Source of the DNA: a virus
Taxonomy: Duplodnaviria; Caudoviricetes
DNA length: 60,382 bases
Reading direction: 5' to 3' (one strand)
IMG/VR virus record: IMGVR_UViG_3300037761_000410
Span: 1-60,382 of that record
The notes under the pieces are model-generated. The model was not told the origin of the DNA, made no database searches, and saw nothing but the letters and a program-made list of their open reading frames with translations. Shown one piece after another: positions 35,448 through 46,018 of the stretch (position 1 is its first letter; each line of letters opens with the position of its first letter). The translations under genes and the position numbers were made by a program.

Positions 35448-38400
35448 GGGCGCAGCTTACGGGAGCTGGTCGTCTCACGGAGCAACCTGACGATCTCCCG
35501 GGACAGTTGGCCGGCGCTGTCGCCGTTGAGGTGCACGTCCAGGAACGCTTCCGCGACCAGCTCGGTCGGATTGCGGGCGGCGTACCGGGACACCTCGCGG
35601 CGGATGAGGCGCTCCGGCGGGACCCGGTCCGCGGCGGCCCTACGCCGGACCAGCGCGAGCACCTTCAGGTGGACGGCGCCGTCCGCGTCGACGATGTGGC
35701 CGAACTCGTGCGCGGCGGCGGCAGCCGGGTTGCCCGCCCCGCGGGGATGGAACCCCCCGGCCGGAGTGTCCCAGCCGGCGACCCCGGCGGCCAGCTCCTG
35801 GAGGTAGCGCTCGCGCCCGGCCTTGGAGGCATAGGCCGAGTTGAACATGATCGACTGGTTGGCGCCGGTCGCCCACGGGTCGCCGATGCCGGCGTTGAAC
35901 CAGCGCACCTCCCGCAGGTCGGTGTCGGGCCACGCCTCGGCCGCCCGCAGGATGCCTTCCATGTGCTCCTTGGCGGTGGGGAGCGAGAAGTCGGGGTCGG
36001 TGCCGAGGTCGACCGTGAGGTCCCGGCCGGTGATCCGTTTGAACTCGTCCTGGGTGGCCCTGGCAAGGCTGCGATGCCCGGTCGCGACGGCGAGGACTTC
36101 GCGCACCTGGGTGTCGACGCCGGTGGCGGAAGCCGTCCCGCCGGGACCTGCCATTGCACCACCGGAAACGGACTTACCGCTGTTGATCGCGTCGAGGATC
36201 TCCTGGCGGCTCGCGCCGGCCGGCACCTTGATGCCCCGCCGTTCCGCGATCTCCCGCAGACGTTCCATGCTCAGCGGTTCCAGGTCGTCGTCGACATCCG
36301 GCCCGGGAAGATTCTCTGGCGTCAACCCCTTCGGCAGGGGATCTTCTTCGATCGTGACAGCAGGCCGCCGACCCTTATCCCTGACCAGCAGGGCTGTGAT
36401 CACGGTCAAGCCAGACGTGCCCTCGTTCTCGGTCCGCAATATCTGGATCCGCGACCCTCGCCCCAGTAGGACCTCGCCTGCCGCCTCGTGGCCGACTGCC
36501 GCGTGCGTTCCCTTCTCGGTCAGGATCTTGAACAGTACGGGCTTACGGTGTGCGGGAGCATTTCTCTTGCGCCATTGAATAATGTTGCGAGCCAGCCGCT
36601 CCTCCACCGCGGTCGACAGATATCCCGGCTCGGTGATGAGCGCGCCCCGCTGCAATTTCCCCAGATCCGCGGGACGTATCAGTGTCCCTCGCCAAAGGGT
36701 CGTGTCGCGCGACAGCTCGCTGTCCGCGATGACTCTGTCGAGATGGTGTTGGACATCGCGCAGGTCGACGGGCTTACGTTCGCCAAGAGTGATCAGGTCA
36801 ACGGTCGGAGGTTCGGTGCCGTTACGGAGTGCAGCATTGAGAGGATCGGCGACAATCGCCGAGACGTAGAGGTCCAGTGCTCGATTTTCCTCCGGCGTCA
36901 GGCCCGGGCGGGCGGGGGGGTTGACGTCGGAGTTGAGCATCATCCCCGATAGTGGATGATGGAAAGACTCAGGGACGACCTGACCGCGATGCAGGACCAG
37001 GCCACCCTTTGGACTTGGACGGTCAAAGCTTCCCCCTCTGGAGGAGGGTGGAGCGAACCTGGCTTCGTCTATGTCGTCGGTAACCTCGTCCATTTCTAGG
37101 TCGCCGATTGTTGGCGCTCGCTTGCGACGTGGCAGCTTGAGCGTCTCCAGCGCGTCCGCGAGCTTCGTTGCCGCTTCGATCGCCGCTGGAGCGTCGCGCT
37201 CGATCGCCAGGTAGTACGGCAATGCCCTGTCGCGACCCATGCGGGCGATGTGCTCGCGTGCATGGCCTTGGTCCACCTTGACCCTGGCGGGTATCCGACG
37301 TAGATTTTCAATAGCGTCCTGCTGGGTGATCCGTCCCGATTTCAATCCGTCGGTGACCAGCTCAAAGAGAAAGCCGACCGGGCGCTGTTCCTCTAACGGC
37401 GCCCCCATCGGACGCATCTGGGTACGCGATGGATCCATCAGCCTGTCGATGTCCAGTCCGAGTGACTCGGCATACTTATCGAGTAGCAGGCTATTTTCGA
37501 TGTCTAGATATGATGGGCGAGTGGACCTGCGGACAATAGCCTTTTCCGGCACCGTCACCGCACCTGGGGCGTCACCTTCTTTCTTGCCCAGCAGGAAGGC
37601 CCTGATGTCCGCCTTCCTGGTGATCGACGACGGGACCTTGACGCCCCGGTCTTTCGCGATCTGGCGCAGCTGAGCGATGGTGATCTTCGGGTCGTCAAGA
37701 CTAGGCGGCCCCGAGTCGACGGCCTTTGCAGGAGCGACCTTCTTTGCAGGCGTGAGTAGTGGGCGCAGCGACGGGTCGTTGACACTTTCCCAGTCATGCC
37801 GCATCGTCGGCACGCCATCTGTCATACGGAACGTCGCAATCATCGTCGACTCGTCACGGCGGTCAGCGTTGTCGTAAAAGCGGACATTGTTACTGCTCGT
37901 ACCAACGGCGCGTACATCGCGCCACTGATCATCAACCAGTACTCGATCGCCGGGCCGGACCATGAATGCGGCCAGCGGCCCTCCCTGCTCACCTTCAAGC
38001 CGGTCCAGTGCCACACCCGGCGCCAGTTCTCTCTGCCGGGGGAACTGGCGCTCACCACCGCGACGATGGAACAACACCCGCGTTTGCGCGATATGCAGGC
38101 GGATCTTCGACGCGGTTCGCAGGCCCGCCGGGAGGCGCATGTTCAACTCGTCCGCGGTGCGACGTAGAGTCGTGACGTCGGCACCTTGCAGTGCTTCGAT
38201 GATGGCGTCCTGGTCCGTCAGGTTGCGTACGCGGGCGGCATACCTAACCTCGGCCGGTCCCGGCGTCCCAGGCGCCTCCTTCTCCCCTTCTCCGCCGAAG
38301 TGGCCACGCAGGAACTCGATCACCTTCTCTTTGGCTTCGATACTCTTGGTCAGCTGCTCGCGGTCTCCCGGGCTGGCCTTGGCCAGGTCCTCCCGGTCGA

Positions 38401-40612
38401 TCTCGATGCTGCCGTCCAGCCTCTTGACACCCTCCCCCGGAGCGATGTCCCCGGTCAGGAGATCCATGAAGATCTCGTTCACCTCGCGCAGGGGCGATCC
38501 AGGCGGGGCGGTGACGCGGGCCTTGGTCCAGGCCCGGTGGAAAGCCTGACGCTCTTCGAGGGTGCCGATCTTCCGGCCGAGGGCGCCAGCGTCTGGCGCC
38601 GCCTCGGGCGCATTGCCCCTCCTTCCTATCTGGATATCAAGAACTCGCATTCCGTCGACGATCCGGTCATCCGTCACCGTCATAGCGAGCCCGCGCTCTA
38701 AAAGAATCTCTCTATTCGGGTCATCGTCCTCAAAGCCGCCGAGCCGAATGCCCTTTATGCCGCGAGGCACATCCACCCTGAGTAGGATTCCCGGTTTAGA
38801 GGTACTACTGGTACCACTACGTGCATAGTAAAGGGCAATGTCCCTTTCTGTTGACGTGGACATGAATCCGGGATCGTCGACCGTATGACCAGCAAGCGAG
38901 GCATCGCTAAACCAGCCAAGATTGTGCGGCCTCGCGATCCCTCGCCACACGCGTATATCCTCTCCCAGTGGAGAGGCGTCCATAATCTCATCGATAAGTC
39001 TAACGTTTTCCGAATTAGGATTTTCCCTCACCTTCCAGGGTGAAGCGTCACCAGACTCGGTGTTATAGTCGTCTAGGGCTTGCGCAGCCCGTCTAGCCTT
39101 TTCTGGAGACCACCCCTTAGGTAACTTCTCAAAGTCCATATAGATTTCTTGTTCCAGAATTGGCGCATCGGGGTTTCGGACTCTGGTTATCGTCTGCACG
39201 GGAGGCACGGCAAGCGCAAGAGTTCCCTCAGTAGGGGATTCCCCTCCCTCTGAAATCTTCTTTCCTCTTCCCCCGAGCAGGTGCGCCTTGATGTCCGCCT
39301 TCTTCTTTACCGTCGGCGGGACCTTGATCCCATGCTCCTTGGCGATCTGGCGCATCTGGGCGATGGTGGTCTTCGGGTTGTCCAGCTGGGTCACCGCGTC
39401 CGGCGACAGGTCGCCCTTGCTCTCGAACGGCTCGGCGCCGACAGTCCCGCTCTCGATCTGGTCGGCCAGCTGGGTGGCCTTGCGCGCCCGGTCCCGCAAC
39501 GCGCGGGCCTCCCCCGGCAGCGTGGCCGGCCGGGACGCGACGTCCTCGTTGCGTTTCGCCTCCCCCCGCAGCACCTCGACCGCCCGGCCTTTAGAGATCT
39601 GGTCACCCTTGAAAGCCACGGCCACCTCTTCGACGGTCAGCCCACGCGTCCGGGGTGCCGGTGCCGCCGGCGTCGGCGCTGCCGGGGCACCCGGCCCGCC
39701 GGCACCCTCGCCCACGCTGGTGCTGACCACCCGCTCCGTCCGGGGCGCCGGCGGCCCGGCCGGCGCCCGCATCCCCGGCACCGCCATGGGTGAACGGGTC
39801 TGCTCGATCGGGGTGCGGATCTGGAGATGCTCGGGCACCGCGGTGGACTGTGGCGCCCCCGGCGCCGGCGCCACCTCCTTCTGGATCGGCTCCGGGGTCT
39901 CGCCCGGGGTACGGGAAGTGGCGACGGCGGCCACGTAGAACCCGCCCCGGCCGTCCGGAGTGACCTTGGTGATCCGCAGCTCCTGGTCGCGGTCGAGGAT
40001 GACCCCCCGGTCGTTCGGCCCGTTGCCCGGGAACACGGCCTGGGTGCCTTTCGGCACCGCCACCGTCACCAGGACCGGGGCGCTGCCGATCGGAGTGCCC
40101 ACGTTGGCCGGGAAGTAGCCGCGGTCGGCGATCAGCTTGCCGGTGAAGTCTTCGATCCCGGCGTCGCCCTGCATGGTCTGCGGGGTGTGGCCGAACGCCT
40201 CCGGCCCCATCCGCCGGCTCACGATCAGGTCGTCCGGCAACGGTGCTTTCAGCTGGTCGAACCGGGTGACGAACGCCTTGGTCTTCTCGTCCATCGTCCC
40301 GGACCGCAGGCCGGCCTGTGCCTCGTGAAACCCTTCGATGGTGTCGGAGCTGACGGCCAGGCGGTCGCTGAACCAGGTCGTCCCGGACCCGCCACGCTGG
40401 TGACCGAACCGGGACCGCTTGGCGTGGTTGAAGGCATACTGCGAAGCCTGCTGGTCGGACTGGAAGGTGCGGGGCCGGAACCGGCCCAGGAAGCCGGTGA
40501 TCGCGTCGATGGCGGCGTCGGCCATACGCCAGGTCTTGCGGAACCGGCCATGGCTGTCACGCGGGTGGAGCAGCTCCTCCCGCGTGCCCCAGTGGTCACC
40601 GACACCCGCCAC
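35444..40612 (-). CDS. Large head-module protein: three VIP2-like ADP-ribosyltransferase domains, HeH/Rho-N-like repeats, C-terminal zincin
   Basis: VWRG..GFMSTS..NREILLERG; LWRG..GYLSTA..GEVLLGRG; degenerate first copy; HEFGH..SRYA..N..ELVAEAF; N-terminal HPRD..GRF. Confidence 0.8.
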   Translation of the reverse strand: MAGVGDHWGTREELLHPRDSHGRFRKTWRMADAAIDAITGFLGRFRPRTFQSDQQASQYAFNHAKRSRFGHQRGGSGTTWFSDRLAVSSDTIEGFHEAQAGLRSGTMDEKTKAFVTRFDQLKAPLPDDLIVSRRMGPEAFGHTPQTMQGDAGIEDFTGKLIADRGYFPANVGTPIGSAPVLVTVAVPKGTQAVFPGNGPNDRGVILDRDQELRITKVTPDGRGGFYVAAVATSRTPGETPEPIQKEVAPAPGAPQSTAVPEHLQIRTPIEQTRSPMAVPGMRAPAGPPAPRTERVVSTSVGEGAGGPGAPAAPTPAAPAPRTRGLTVEEVAVAFKGDQISKGRAVEVLRGEAKRNEDVASRPATLPGEARALRDRARKATQLADQIESGTVGAEPFESKGDLSPDAVTQLDNPKTTIAQMRQIAKEHGIKVPPTVKKKADIKAHLLGGRGKKISEGGESPTEGTLALAVPPVQTITRVRNPDAPILEQEIYMDFEKLPKGWSPEKARRAAQALDDYNTESGDASPWKVRENPNSENVRLIDEIMDASPLGEDIRVWRGIARPHNLGWFSDASLAGHTVDDPGFMSTSTERDIALYYARSGTSSTSKPGILLRVDVPRGIKGIRLGGFEDDDPNREILLERGLAMTVTDDRIVDGMRVLDIQIGRRGNAPEAAPDAGALGRKIGTLEERQAFHRAWTKARVTAPPGSPLREVNEIFMDLLTGDIAPGEGVKRLDGSIEIDREDLAKASPGDREQLTKSIEAKEKVIEFLRGHFGGEGEKEAPGTPGPAEVRYAARVRNLTDQDAIIEALQGADVTTLRRTADELNMRLPAGLRTASKIRLHIAQTRVLFHRRGGERQFPRQRELAPGVALDRLEGEQGGPLAAFMVRPGDRVLVDDQWRDVRAVGTSSNNVRFYDNADRRDESTMIATFRMTDGVPTMRHDWESVNDPSLRPLLTPAKKVAPAKAVDSGPPSLDDPKITIAQLRQIAKDRGVKVPSSITRKADIRAFLLGKKEGDAPGAVTVPEKAIVRRSTRPSYLDIENSLLLDKYAESLGLDIDRLMDPSRTQMRPMGAPLEEQRPVGFLFELVTDGLKSGRITQQDAIENLRRIPARVKVDQGHAREHIARMGRDRALPYYLAIERDAPAAIEAATKLADALETLKLPRRKRAPTIGDLEMDEVTDDIDEARFAPPSSRGGSFDRPSPKGGLVLHRGQVVPESFHHPLSGMMLNSDVNPPARPGLTPEENRALDLYVSAIVADPLNAALRNGTEPPTVDLITLGERKPVDLRDVQHHLDRVIADSELSRDTTLWRGTLIRPADLGKLQRGALITEPGYLSTAVEERLARNIIQWRKRNAPAHRKPVLFKILTEKGTHAAVGHEAAGEVLLGRGSRIQILRTENEGTSGLTVITALLVRDKGRRPAVTIEEDPLPKGLTPENLPGPDVDDDLEPLSMERLREIAERRGIKVPAGASRQEILDAINSGKSVSGGAMAGPGGTASATGVDTQVREVLAVATGHRSLARATQDEFKRITGRDLTVDLGTDPDFSLPTAKEHMEGILRAAEAWPDTDLREVRWFNAGIGDPWATGANQSIMFNSAYASKAGRERYLQELAAGVAGWDTPAGGFHPRGAGNPAAAAAHEFGHIVDADGAVHLKVLALVRRRAAADRVPPERLIRREVSRYAARNPTELVAEAFLDVHLNGDSAGQLSREIVRLLRETTSSRKLRP

Positions 40613-40615
40613 CGG

Positions 40616-43036
40616 TCACTGTGCCTGTCCGGCCTCGGCCACCACCGAGAACCGGGCGTCGGCCTGCCGGGCGACGGCCGCGGCCCCGTTGACGTCCGGC
40701 TGTCCGTCCTGGCCAGCGGCGGGCGCCGTCACTGGCGGCTCGGCCGCGGCCAGCAACGCCAGCCGGTCGGCCCGCTGCCGCTGGAGCGCCAGCTCCTCGT
40801 TCTCTACCAGCTCGCGCAGGCGCCAGGCCCGGCTGTCGCTGTCGTCCTCCTCGATGCGGGTCTTGACCGCGGCCACCAGCACGTCGAGGTCGACCTCTTC
40901 GATCTCGCGATAGACGGTGCCGGCTGCGGTCAGGGCGGTGCGGTCTTCGCCTTCCATGGCGTAGACCGGGAACGCCGGGACGTTCACGGCCAGCGCGGCG
41001 GTGAGTTCCAGGTTGCCGTCCACGGCCCGCCAGTCGCCCGACAGGGGCGAGCGGCGTAGCTTGGCGACCTGCTTGGCAGTGGCCTCGGGCACGACCGCGC
41101 CGGCCACCCAGATGCCGTGCTCGTCCTCGCCTGCCCGCACCACGGCCACCTCGTCGCCGGTGTTGTCGTAGTGGATGGCGGCGGAGAGGTAGCCGAACTG
41201 GATGTCGGCATGCCGGGTGTCCATGATGATCTTGCCTACCCGGACCGACTCGCCTTCAGCGGTGAGCACCTCGCCCAGGTGGAACGGGGCGTAGGACGCC
41301 GCGCTGTGCGGGGCGAGCACGCACTCGCGCTGGCTCACGTCCCGGTGGCACTCGCCCCAGGCGGCCAGGTGGCCGAAGACCCGCCCGTCCCGGCTGATCG
41401 TCAGGGGCGTCTTCGCGGTCAGGCCGGGGTTGGCGAACCACATCGACGGCGGCTCCAGCGGCGCGCCGGCCGAGGCCATCATCGCCGGCTTGTCCATCAT
41501 CGGCTTGTCGGCCGCCCCTTCGCCGGGGGCGATGCCGAACTTCTTCATCGCCATCATGATCTTCTTGCGGATGGCCATGAGCTGCTTCGGGTTGTAGGGC
41601 GACTGGTTGTCCTCCTGGTTGATGTAGCTCCAGGCTGCCCGGACGTGGGCCTCGGAGTCCAACGGGTAGCGGGCCTTGCCGTCCTTCTGGTAGCCCGGGT
41701 CGGCGTACACCACGTCGCCGTAGGGCTTGTCGCTGCTGGCAAACTCGGTGTCCATCGACGCCTCCTGGTTGCGGTCTTCCGGCCGATCCCAGGGGGCTCG
41801 GACGCTTGCATCGTTGAAATCTTTCGCCATGGCCTGGTAGATGTTGGTGATCACGCTACGCAGCTGGTTCTTGTCCCCGTCCGGGATGCCCGGCAGGCCG
41901 CCGTGCGCGCCGGAGATCAGCGCCGCGGCGGCGTAGATCGCGTGGTAGACCAAGGTCAGCTGGCCGTTGACGATGTCGCCCACCGGCAGCCGGTAGGACC
42001 GCGGGTCGGTGGGCGCGGTGCGCTGGTCGCGCCACAGGAACGCCCGCTGGAGCTTGCCCACGTCGGCGCCCTTGGCGCTGACCCCGGCCCAGGCGGCGAT
42101 GCGCTTGACCGCGTCGTCGGCGTCGAACACCGACTCGCGCGCGGCCAGCGGAAGTCCACGCCAACCCTCCTCGTTGACCGCGTACCCGTCGTCGGAGGAG
42201 TCGACGCTCATGGAGGCCGTTCCACGTGAGACGTCACCTTTGTGGCCGCAGCCGCAGTCGTGCTCGCCTTCCAGCTCCATGGTCATGTCGGGGTCGTCGT
42301 CGGGCCACTCCCCGTCCGGCCCCAGGTTGTACACCCTCATGCCGGGGAAGGCCGCGATGCTGACCAGCGTCGCCCCACCGAAGACGTAGCTGGTGGTGTG
42401 CTCGGCCCCCGTCTCCGGGTTCATCGTGCCGCGTACCTGCCCGCCGGGGTCCAGGCTCGGGCCGAACAGGCCCTGGTCGACCATGTAGCGGGCCTGGACC
42501 ACCTCGGGCACTATCTCCGGGTCCAGCCAGTCGCCCCAGGCGTACACCTGGTCGTTGCCCTCGTGGTCGGGTCCGACGCTCGCGCCCAGGATCCGGCCCA
42601 CCACCACCGAGCTGTCGTGGCCCTGGGCGGTGCGCGCCCGGTACGACAGCGGCAGGGGCAGCGGCCGGTGGCCGATCGAGCCGGGCTCGAAGATGCGGGT
42701 CCGGCGGGGCTCTCCGGTGGGGCGGCCGATGGGGGCCAGCGCGCCGGCCCAGAGATCGCCCAACGAGGGCTGGGCGGCGAGCAGGGTGGCCGCGGCGGTG
42801 AGCGCCTCGCTGGTCGAGTGCTCAAGGCTGCCGTGACCGGGCGGGCCACCGGTGGCCTTGGTGTGCAGGATGTTGCACAAACCCTCTGGGTTCTTGGGGA
42901 AATGACGTGTCAATATTCGCACACATCTCTTGAAGTCGCCGGGGACATTCCAGCGGATCTTCATGGCGCCTTTTCCCGCAAGGAAATAACGCTGAAGCTG
43001 GAGCGGCATCCCACGCGCCGGGTTCGGGTCGACCAT
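40616..43036 (-). CDS. Capsid maturation protease-like multidomain protein
   Basis: Position; IRW..PGDF.RC, GATLV.I.AF, YADPGYQ.DGK.RYPLD, GH.A.W..CH, LSGDWR. Confidence 0.7.
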   Translation of the reverse strand: MVDPNPARGMPLQLQRYFLAGKGAMKIRWNVPGDFKRCVRILTRHFPKNPEGLCNILHTKATGGPPGHGSLEHSTSEALTAAATLLAAQPSLGDLWAGALAPIGRPTGEPRRTRIFEPGSIGHRPLPLPLSYRARTAQGHDSSVVVGRILGASVGPDHEGNDQVYAWGDWLDPEIVPEVVQARYMVDQGLFGPSLDPGGQVRGTMNPETGAEHTTSYVFGGATLVSIAAFPGMRVYNLGPDGEWPDDDPDMTMELEGEHDCGCGHKGDVSRGTASMSVDSSDDGYAVNEEGWRGLPLAARESVFDADDAVKRIAAWAGVSAKGADVGKLQRAFLWRDQRTAPTDPRSYRLPVGDIVNGQLTLVYHAIYAAAALISGAHGGLPGIPDGDKNQLRSVITNIYQAMAKDFNDASVRAPWDRPEDRNQEASMDTEFASSDKPYGDVVYADPGYQKDGKARYPLDSEAHVRAAWSYINQEDNQSPYNPKQLMAIRKKIMMAMKKFGIAPGEGAADKPMMDKPAMMASAGAPLEPPSMWFANPGLTAKTPLTISRDGRVFGHLAAWGECHRDVSQRECVLAPHSAASYAPFHLGEVLTAEGESVRVGKIIMDTRHADIQFGYLSAAIHYDNTGDEVAVVRAGEDEHGIWVAGAVVPEATAKQVAKLRRSPLSGDWRAVDGNLELTAALAVNVPAFPVYAMEGEDRTALTAAGTVYREIEEVDLDVLVAAVKTRIEEDDSDSRAWRLRELVENEELALQRQRADRLALLAAAEPPVTAPAAGQDGQPDVNGAAAVARQADARFSVVAEAGQAQ

Positions 43037-43038
43037 CT

Positions 43039-43761
43039 CTACCTCTCCTCGTTCATGATCACGAGATCGCATCGACAACCGCAAACCTCGTCCGCCGGCC
43101 CGAAAGGGTCGCCAGGGAACATGAGCGGGACGTCGCCCACCATGAACGGAGCCCAGAGGTCCCGCACGTCACCGTTCACCTCTCGATGGGTCTCGCGCAC
43201 CCTGGCGTCGTGCTCGGTGACCCAACGCTTGCGCAGTAGGCGCCCGGTCACCCGCGACTGCTCGATCCCAGCGGCCAAGGTGCCCGACCCGTAGGCCCTG
43301 GTGGTCTCGGTGACCGCGATGTTCTTTGCCCGGCCCGGCCAGTTGGGCGAACCCGACCAGGACAGAACATTGTCGATGCGTGCGGCCAGCTTCTCCGCGT
43401 CCTCGCCGGCATTGATGCCGTCGATCAGCTCGGCGAAGACCAGGTGGTACACCTCGTCGGGGATCCCCACCAGCAGGTTCTCGGTCTGGGCCAGGGTCGA
43501 CATGACGAAGGCGTGCCGGGACACCGGCGGGACGTCGGTCGCCTCGCTCCACGCCCCCATCGAGATCTTGCCGATCTCGGTGAGGATGGTGCCGACCTCG
43601 CCCCGCCAGTCGCCGGCCACCTGGGTCGCCCCGCTCGGGTCGGGCTGCGTCCGGGAGCTACGCCAGGGCGCCATGACCGCGTCGCGGGCCTTGGCCAGCC
43701 ACCGGCGCAGCGACGAGGCCACGACAGTCTCCAGGTGCCGTTCCGCTTCTTCATGAGACAT
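43039..43761 (-). CDS. MuF-like minor head protein
   Basis: RA..IA.TE, K.W...D.RVR.TH, FPGDP, CRC. Confidence 0.85.
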   Translation of the reverse strand: MSHEEAERHLETVVASSLRRWLAKARDAVMAPWRSSRTQPDPSGATQVAGDWRGEVGTILTEIGKISMGAWSEATDVPPVSRHAFVMSTLAQTENLLVGIPDEVYHLVFAELIDGINAGEDAEKLAARIDNVLSWSGSPNWPGRAKNIAVTETTRAYGSGTLAAGIEQSRVTGRLLRKRWVTEHDARVRETHREVNGDVRDLWAPFMVGDVPLMFPGDPFGPADEVCGCRCDLVIMNEER

Positions 43762-45664
43762 CGAAGAATCCCTGCCGGTGCAGATATTCCTGGAGCAGGC
43801 TCGGGCGGTGCGGGTGCGCCTTGGTCAGCAGCGTGACGCAGTAACGGTCCAGGCAGTCGCGTAGCGCCATGGTGTCCAGGTCCGGGTCGATCGGGCCGGC
43901 CAGCAACGTCAGGTAGTCCCAGGCGCCGGCGAGCAGCTTCGCGGCATGCTCGTCGTCGGCGACCGGGATGTGGGTGTGCAGCTCGTAGGGCACCACCCCG
44001 GGCCACTTGTCCCGGTTGTTGCGGTCCAGCAGCCGTTTGCCGGCCAGCTCCATGGCCCGGAACACGGTGGCGTTCGCGATGGCGAACACGCCCAGCGGGA
44101 CGGTGGCCGAGGCCACCACCGGCAGCGCGCTGGCGTTGGGGGCGGCCGGGCCGCCCGGGGCGTTGAGCGCGGTCGAGTCCACCGGCTCCGGTGGTAAATT
44201 TTGACCGGTCGCGGCCGGCTCGATCCCGGTCGGCGGGGCCGGCGGCAGCGCGGCGGCGTCGCCCGGCGACATGGGGACGGTGACCTGGTCGGGCGGGAGG
44301 ATCTTGTCGGTGTAGCCGGCCACCCTGCGCACGGCCGCGATCTGGAACAGGTTCGGGTCGCGGGTCATCAGTTCGCGGGTGAAGTACTTCAGCTCTTCTT
44401 CATCGGTCGGGATGTCGCCTTCACGGTAGCTGCCCGCGTCGAGCACGGCCTGGTTGGAGACGATGTGCTTCTCCCACAGGTCCAGGGTGTCCTTGAGCCT
44501 TTGTGGACGGACGGTGAGCGGGGCGGTGTCGAAGGCATAGACGTACCTATCTACATCCTCTCCGTTGTTTTTGAGGGCCGGTCGGAGGATGCCCTTGGTC
44601 AGGCCGTCCACGACGCGGGTCATCAACGGCTCGACGTGGATCTTGACCTGACCTTCGGAGATCTGGGTGGCGCCCCAGTGGTTCGCGTCGCCCGACCCGT
44701 GCAGCACCATCGGGTCGATGTCCATGGCCAGGGCGAAACGTTCGATGGCCTCCTTGCGTAGGTCCAGGGCCTGCTTGGACAGCTCCGACGTGAACTGGAT
44801 CAGCTCGATCTTGCCGAGGGCCTCCAGCGGCATCTCCACGAAAGTGGGCACCACGCCCGCCGCGGTGCCCTCGCCCTTCAGCGAGGCCGAGCCGGTCTTC
44901 ATCAACCGGGTGGTGAGCTGGTCCGCGCCGGACAACTCCTGGTCCTCGTCGGGGAAGCTGACCTCCTTCGGGATGGGGACCATCCCGGCCGACACCAGAC
45001 GGGAGTCGATCTGGGCGAACACGAACCTGGTCAGCCGCTCGATCTCCCACAACATCGGCATGGCCGCCCGGGTGGGGGAGTCGGGCCACAGGTGCCGGCG
45101 CGGGTGCGGGGTCCAGATCCTGATGACCACGTCCTTCTTCGGGTCCAGGTGCTCGCGGACGGTGTCGTCCTCAGTGTCATAGAGGTAGGCCAGCACGTTG
45201 CCGTTGAGGCCGTAGCGTTTCAGCTCCGAGCAGCTGACCACCATCCACTCGTCGTCCTCGCTACCGCTACGACCGACCACGTAGACGTCTCCGGCGATGG
45301 TGAGGTTGATCGCCAGCATCCGCAACGCCTCCGCGCGCGCGGCGGGGGAGCCGAAAAGCTGGTCGCTCAAGCCGGCGATCTTCTTGTTGGTGACCTCTTT
45401 CTTGATCCGGCCATACTCGTCGACCTCGGCCACATAGATGCGGACCCGACTGCATGCCGAACCCATCCAGTTGGCCACGAACCGCAGCTCGCCGATGATG
45501 TCGTACAGGCGCCAGGCCTCCTGCTGCCAGGTGTCGTCACCGAACTTGTACGTACGCCAGGACCGGCCGGACAGGTTGATCTGGGCCGCGGCGGCGACCA
45601 GGCTACGCGGATGCGGCGCTACGACCGCGACCTCTCGACTTCTCGCCGGCTTCGGCCATGCCAC
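43751..45664 (-). CDS. Portal protein
   Basis: Follows terminase; WQ.EAW..YD..GEL, RIW.PHPR...DSP, NHW. Confidence 0.8.
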   Translation of the reverse strand: MAWPKPARSREVAVVAPHPRSLVAAAAQINLSGRSWRTYKFGDDTWQQEAWRLYDIIGELRFVANWMGSACSRVRIYVAEVDEYGRIKKEVTNKKIAGLSDQLFGSPAARAEALRMLAINLTIAGDVYVVGRSGSEDDEWMVVSCSELKRYGLNGNVLAYLYDTEDDTVREHLDPKKDVVIRIWTPHPRRHLWPDSPTRAAMPMLWEIERLTRFVFAQIDSRLVSAGMVPIPKEVSFPDEDQELSGADQLTTRLMKTGSASLKGEGTAAGVVPTFVEMPLEALGKIELIQFTSELSKQALDLRKEAIERFALAMDIDPMVLHGSGDANHWGATQISEGQVKIHVEPLMTRVVDGLTKGILRPALKNNGEDVDRYVYAFDTAPLTVRPQRLKDTLDLWEKHIVSNQAVLDAGSYREGDIPTDEEELKYFTRELMTRDPNLFQIAAVRRVAGYTDKILPPDQVTVPMSPGDAAALPPAPPTGIEPAATGQNLPPEPVDSTALNAPGGPAAPNASALPVVASATVPLGVFAIANATVFRAMELAGKRLLDRNNRDKWPGVVPYELHTHIPVADDEHAAKLLAGAWDYLTLLAGPIDPDLDTMALRDCLDRYCVTLLTKAHPHRPSLLQEYLHRQGFFDVS

Positions 45665-45667
45665 TAT

Positions 45668-45973
45668 CTATGCCTTCCCGTTCAGCAGCAGTCCGGTGAG
45701 CATCGAGGCCGCCCCGACCGCCAGGAGCGACATGGCTATCTTTGCCACCAGCCCGAGCGTCGGCGCCGCGACGAACACGGTGGCCGGCATCACGGGAAGG
45801 GCGACATAGATGCTCGTGCACCAGGGGCAGTGCGCCAGGTACGCCCTGAGGGACTCCTCGCCGTAGCGGCGGGTCACCCATCGGCGGTACGCCAGCGCCA
45901 ACCGGTCCTCGGTCAGCAGTCGGGTGACCCGGGCGACCGCCAGGACCGCCAGGATGAGGTAGAGGGCCAGCAT
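45668..45973 (-). CDS. Membrane protein (DUF1360-like)
   Basis: AR.TRL...D, CPWC.S.Y. Confidence 0.7.
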   Translation of the reverse strand: MLALYLILAVLAVARVTRLLTEDRLALAYRRWVTRRYGEESLRAYLAHCPWCTSIYVALPVMPATVFVAAPTLGLVAKIAMSLLAVGAASMLTGLLLNGKA

Positions 45974-46018
45974 TCCATTACTCTACGGGGACCGAGATCA
46001 CAATGCCCGCCACGCCAT

